This document shows positions 60,641-64,000 of a stretch of 64,000 bases of DNA, one piece after another. Below the pieces are notes generated by a model that searched no databases, was not told where the DNA came from, and worked only from the letters and a program-made list of their open reading frames with translations. Position 1 is the first letter of the stretch, and the number at the start of each line of letters is the position of its first letter. Both the position numbers and the translations under genes were made by a program. Source of the DNA: the human T2T-CHM13v2.0 reference genome, Homo sapiens; assembly GCF_009914755.1 (NCBI RefSeq), contig NC_060940.1. The stretch is one strand, 5' to 3'.

Positions 60641-63600
60641 TCAATGCAGTCAGCCTCGCAGGTGTCGAGAGAGGAAATTGCAAAGGAAAATGAGAATTCG
60701 ATGCCTTTTCTGTAACTGTGCGAGACACACTGCCTGGGAGCGACGGGGACGGGGCAGGATGCCTGGGGACGGCTTTCCACACCCTAAGTGCTGCCATGCG
60801 TCCACCTGTTCAGTTTTCACAGATGTGCCGGAGACGGGGACTGCTATTGCCCCATTTACCGATGAGGAAGCCGTGGTGGGGTGTGGGGTGGCTAAGCCTC
60901 TGAGCTAGGTCCCCCCAACCCCTTGATCCCATCTCGCCGCCCCCAGGTGGGGTGGCCTTCCGGGCTGGGGACACTGGACCTACAGGAATTCCTTTCTATA
61001 AAGAAGAGGGAAGGAAGGAGCAGGCCGGGGACGGGGACGGCGTGCTGCCCTGCGTGGCTCCCGCGACCTGGCTTCTCCTGGGGGGTTAAAGATCAGCCAC
61101 AGAGCACAGGGGTGAGGGTCAGGCGCACACTGCCTGGGGGCTCGTCGCGGCTCAGCCCTCACACTGCCCCTTCCTGTCCAGGGCACCGGGGAACTCAGGA
61201 CGCCCCCTGCCCCGGAGCAGCGCGTCCAGCGGGGGTCGGCGTGAGCTGTGTGGAGGCGCCCACCCTCCCTTGCAGCCAGAGGTAGGAAGTAGAAGGGAAA
61301 GAGGAGAGGTCGCTCTGTGGCCTCCAGAATGTCACCATTTTCACACATGTTCAGTTTATAAACTTTTAAGCTTTCTGCATCCTTCTTTTCGCACCATGAC
61401 TAAAGTGACTGAAATTCTGTGGGTTCGACGGGTCATGGGGCTGAGTTGGGACCATGTGACCACAGGGCTTTGATGAGGAACCCCCCATACCGCCCTTGCT
61501 GGGGCCCACCTGGAGGAAATAGGCCCAGAGAGGCACGCCCTGGTGAGAGGCCGAATAAGGGTGGACCACAGGGGACTGCCAGGGGCCCTGGCCGCAGGAC
61601 TGCCCGTCCCAGCTGTCTCTGGCCCTGGGGAGGGGCTCAGCAGGGAGGGGCGGGAAGCACCTGGCAGTTTCAGTTTCGCCAGGAAGCGGCTGCCTGCTGT
61701 CTCCCTTCCCACCCGCCGCCCGGAGAGCCCCCCAGGTGGGGACGGCCCCTTGCACTGCAGACGAGGAAGCCCCAGCTGAGGGGCCGCAGGACAAGCCTCA
61801 CGGCTCCTGGCAGTGGGGACAGAGCCAGGCCCAGCCTCAGCTGCGTCTCAGGAGGACCTGGGGTGGGAGAAGCCCCTGGGGGCCGAGAGCAGATGAGGGC
61901 AGATCTGACTGGCATCTTCTGTCACCTGCTGGTGACCTTTTAGAACACGTGGTCCCAACCCTTGGTCTAGAATATGCTGCCGTGTTGGAGGGGCAGAAGC
62001 AGCTGAGACGGCTGTCCGTCCCCCGCCTGTCAGTCCGTCTGTCTGGGGCTGGGGGTGTCAGGACAACACCCACCACTGCAGGCCCCCTTGGGAATAAGCG
62101 GCAAGAAGCTTCGGGGTCCAGTTTGCACCGAGCCCCTCCAGCGGGGACGCCTCTTTCATTTCTGCACCCTGCGCCTGGCACGGAGGGGTGTGCGGTCAGC
62201 GGGTGGGGGCTGACTGGGTGACTTGCAGTGACAGGGTGGCGAGGCCCTGGACCTGAGTGCCATGTGACCCCCATGGACCATAACCCCTCTGAGCTCCAGG
62301 GTCTGCAGCGCTGCAGGCCTCACACAAATCGGGGGCCAGGAGCCTAAGATCTGCTCTCTAAATCTGGGAGCCCAGCCAGAGCAAGCCCTCAGCAGACCCA
62401 GCCCCAGTGTGCGGCCTGGTGCCCCCGTTTTGAGGAATCCCCCATCCTCTCGTGAGCAGTCGGCTGGGTCAGGCTGGCTCCACCGGCTCTGGGATTCGGC
62501 TGCAGCCTGGCCCGGATGCCGCCGGGGTCACCGCCATCTGGAGTGAGGGGCTGCAGCGGACACGGCTGGAGGGACGGTTGCAAGGTCCCCTCCCCCACTC
62601 TGTCCCCCTCAGGTCTGTGAAGTCGGGACTTTCTAGACACTCAAAACACACCTGGACTTGGGAGCTCAGGAGGAAGCTCCGGGAGCCCACAGGGTGGGGT
62701 GAATTCTCCAGTTCCTTCTCTACTGGGCTCCCTCCCGGCTGGTGCCTCCTGGCCTTGGCAGGGGTGGGAGGCCTGGTGTCTGCAGGGCCAGCTGCGGGGG
62801 TCGCAAGAGCGGGGCCCCTTGGGAAGGAGTGCCAGGAAGAGGGTCTTTCCTCACCAAATCCCACCCCAGCCTTCAGGAGGGGCTCGCCGCCACCCCGTTT
62901 TACAAACAGGAGACAGGCTGGGGTCAGCGTGGCCGGTGGACAGCAGTTTCCATTCCCACCATGGTCGGGTCCAGCCACTGCCCCTCACAGACCAGGGAGC
63001 CGAGGGAGAGGGGGGCGGGGCCGGCCTGACGACGCACAGACCTCAGCACCGCCCGTGGGGCTGCATCTTGCAGGCTCAGGGCAGCAGGCCAGGCTTGGCT
63101 GCCAGGGTGCGAGTGGCAGGTGCCGGGGGGCAGGTGCTGGGGCTCCCGGTGGGCCCTACTAGAGGGCACCGTGGACCCGGTCCAGTTAGGGTGAGCATGG
63201 CCTGGGGGGTTGCGATTTGGCAGAGCCCCCGATCTTCTGCAAGGCTGTGGGTTCACCCCATCCCCCTCCACAGGGGCCTCCCAAAATGAGCCCCAGAAGC
63301 TGTGGCTGTTGGAGGCTTCTGCCATGTCTTCTCAGGAGGGCATGCCTTCTGGCCCCACTCCTCCCAGGGAGAAAGCCACACTTGGGGCCCTCACCCCAGG
63401 AGTCCTCGTCTCCACAAAGGGGGCGCCTGGAAAAGCTGATGGAAATTCACGTCAGTGGGAGGCAGGCCTGGGGGAGGGGTTGGCCCACTCTCCAAAAGCT
63501 GCCAGTGAAACGGCTGCTCTGCAGCTGTCCTGGGCCGAGAGAGGATTTCACTCCAGGAGGCGGTGGCGGCGGCCCCAAGCCGGCAGCCTTGCTGTGTGAT

Positions 63601-64000
63601 CAGCTGGGTGTCAGGATGTGCTTGATCCAGGGGTCGGCGACGCGGGTGTCAGGCAGCACCTGCGTGGGGCTTCCTCAGGTGAAGCAAGGAGACGGAGAGG
63701 TGGGTTCGGAGGGGCTCAGCTGAGGGCGCGGCTCTCGTCTCAGAGCAGGGCGTGCAGTGGGGTCCCTCTCCTGAGATGCGACCTCAGCTGCCTTGCCTCT
63801 GGGAGGGTCCCTGGCAGAGATGCACAGCCTGGGAGGACGTGGCCCACCCCAGCCCCGCTGTGTGAGCTCGGCTGGTTTCCTGACCTTTCTGATTTGTGTC
63901 CTCATCTGAGGTCAGCGATGCCCTTGAAGTGTTGCCGGGTGAAAGCCGGGAAGGGATTGCCGTCTGCCCCTTCCCTCCGGGGCCACAGGGCCTGAGTTCC

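Overview
Primate (almost certainly human) genomic DNA from a GC-rich, minisatellite-dense region, judged from Alu J/S/Y elements, old L1/L2/MIR/MaLR relics and an ERV1-type solo LTR. I find no credible protein-coding exon; the long ORFs are by-products of tandem repeats, GC-richness or L1 relics. A CpG island at ~33.6-35.6 kb looks like the promoter and non-coding first exon of a minus-strand gene (GTAAGT donor at 34438-34433). That would make 1-34438 its first intron(s) and 35.6-64 kb upstream DNA. I cannot name the gene. The most striking structure is a head-to-tail, essentially identical 6,401-bp tandem duplication (2797-9197 / 9198-15598) with one visible substitution and a microhomology junction. 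It doubles a solo LTR, an enhancer-like AT-rich block and a candidate cryptic exon. Also notable: a 36-bp VNTR grown in frame inside an L1 ORF2 relic, a 19-bp VNTR with a 342-bp higher-order period, a perfect CpG-rich 63-bp E-box array, two strong-Kozak short ORFs in the putative 5' UTR, and three helically phased octamer-like motifs. I see no evidence for a new multi-gene system; the novelty is structural or regulatory. Repeat subfamily names are from memory of consensus sequences, not from a search.
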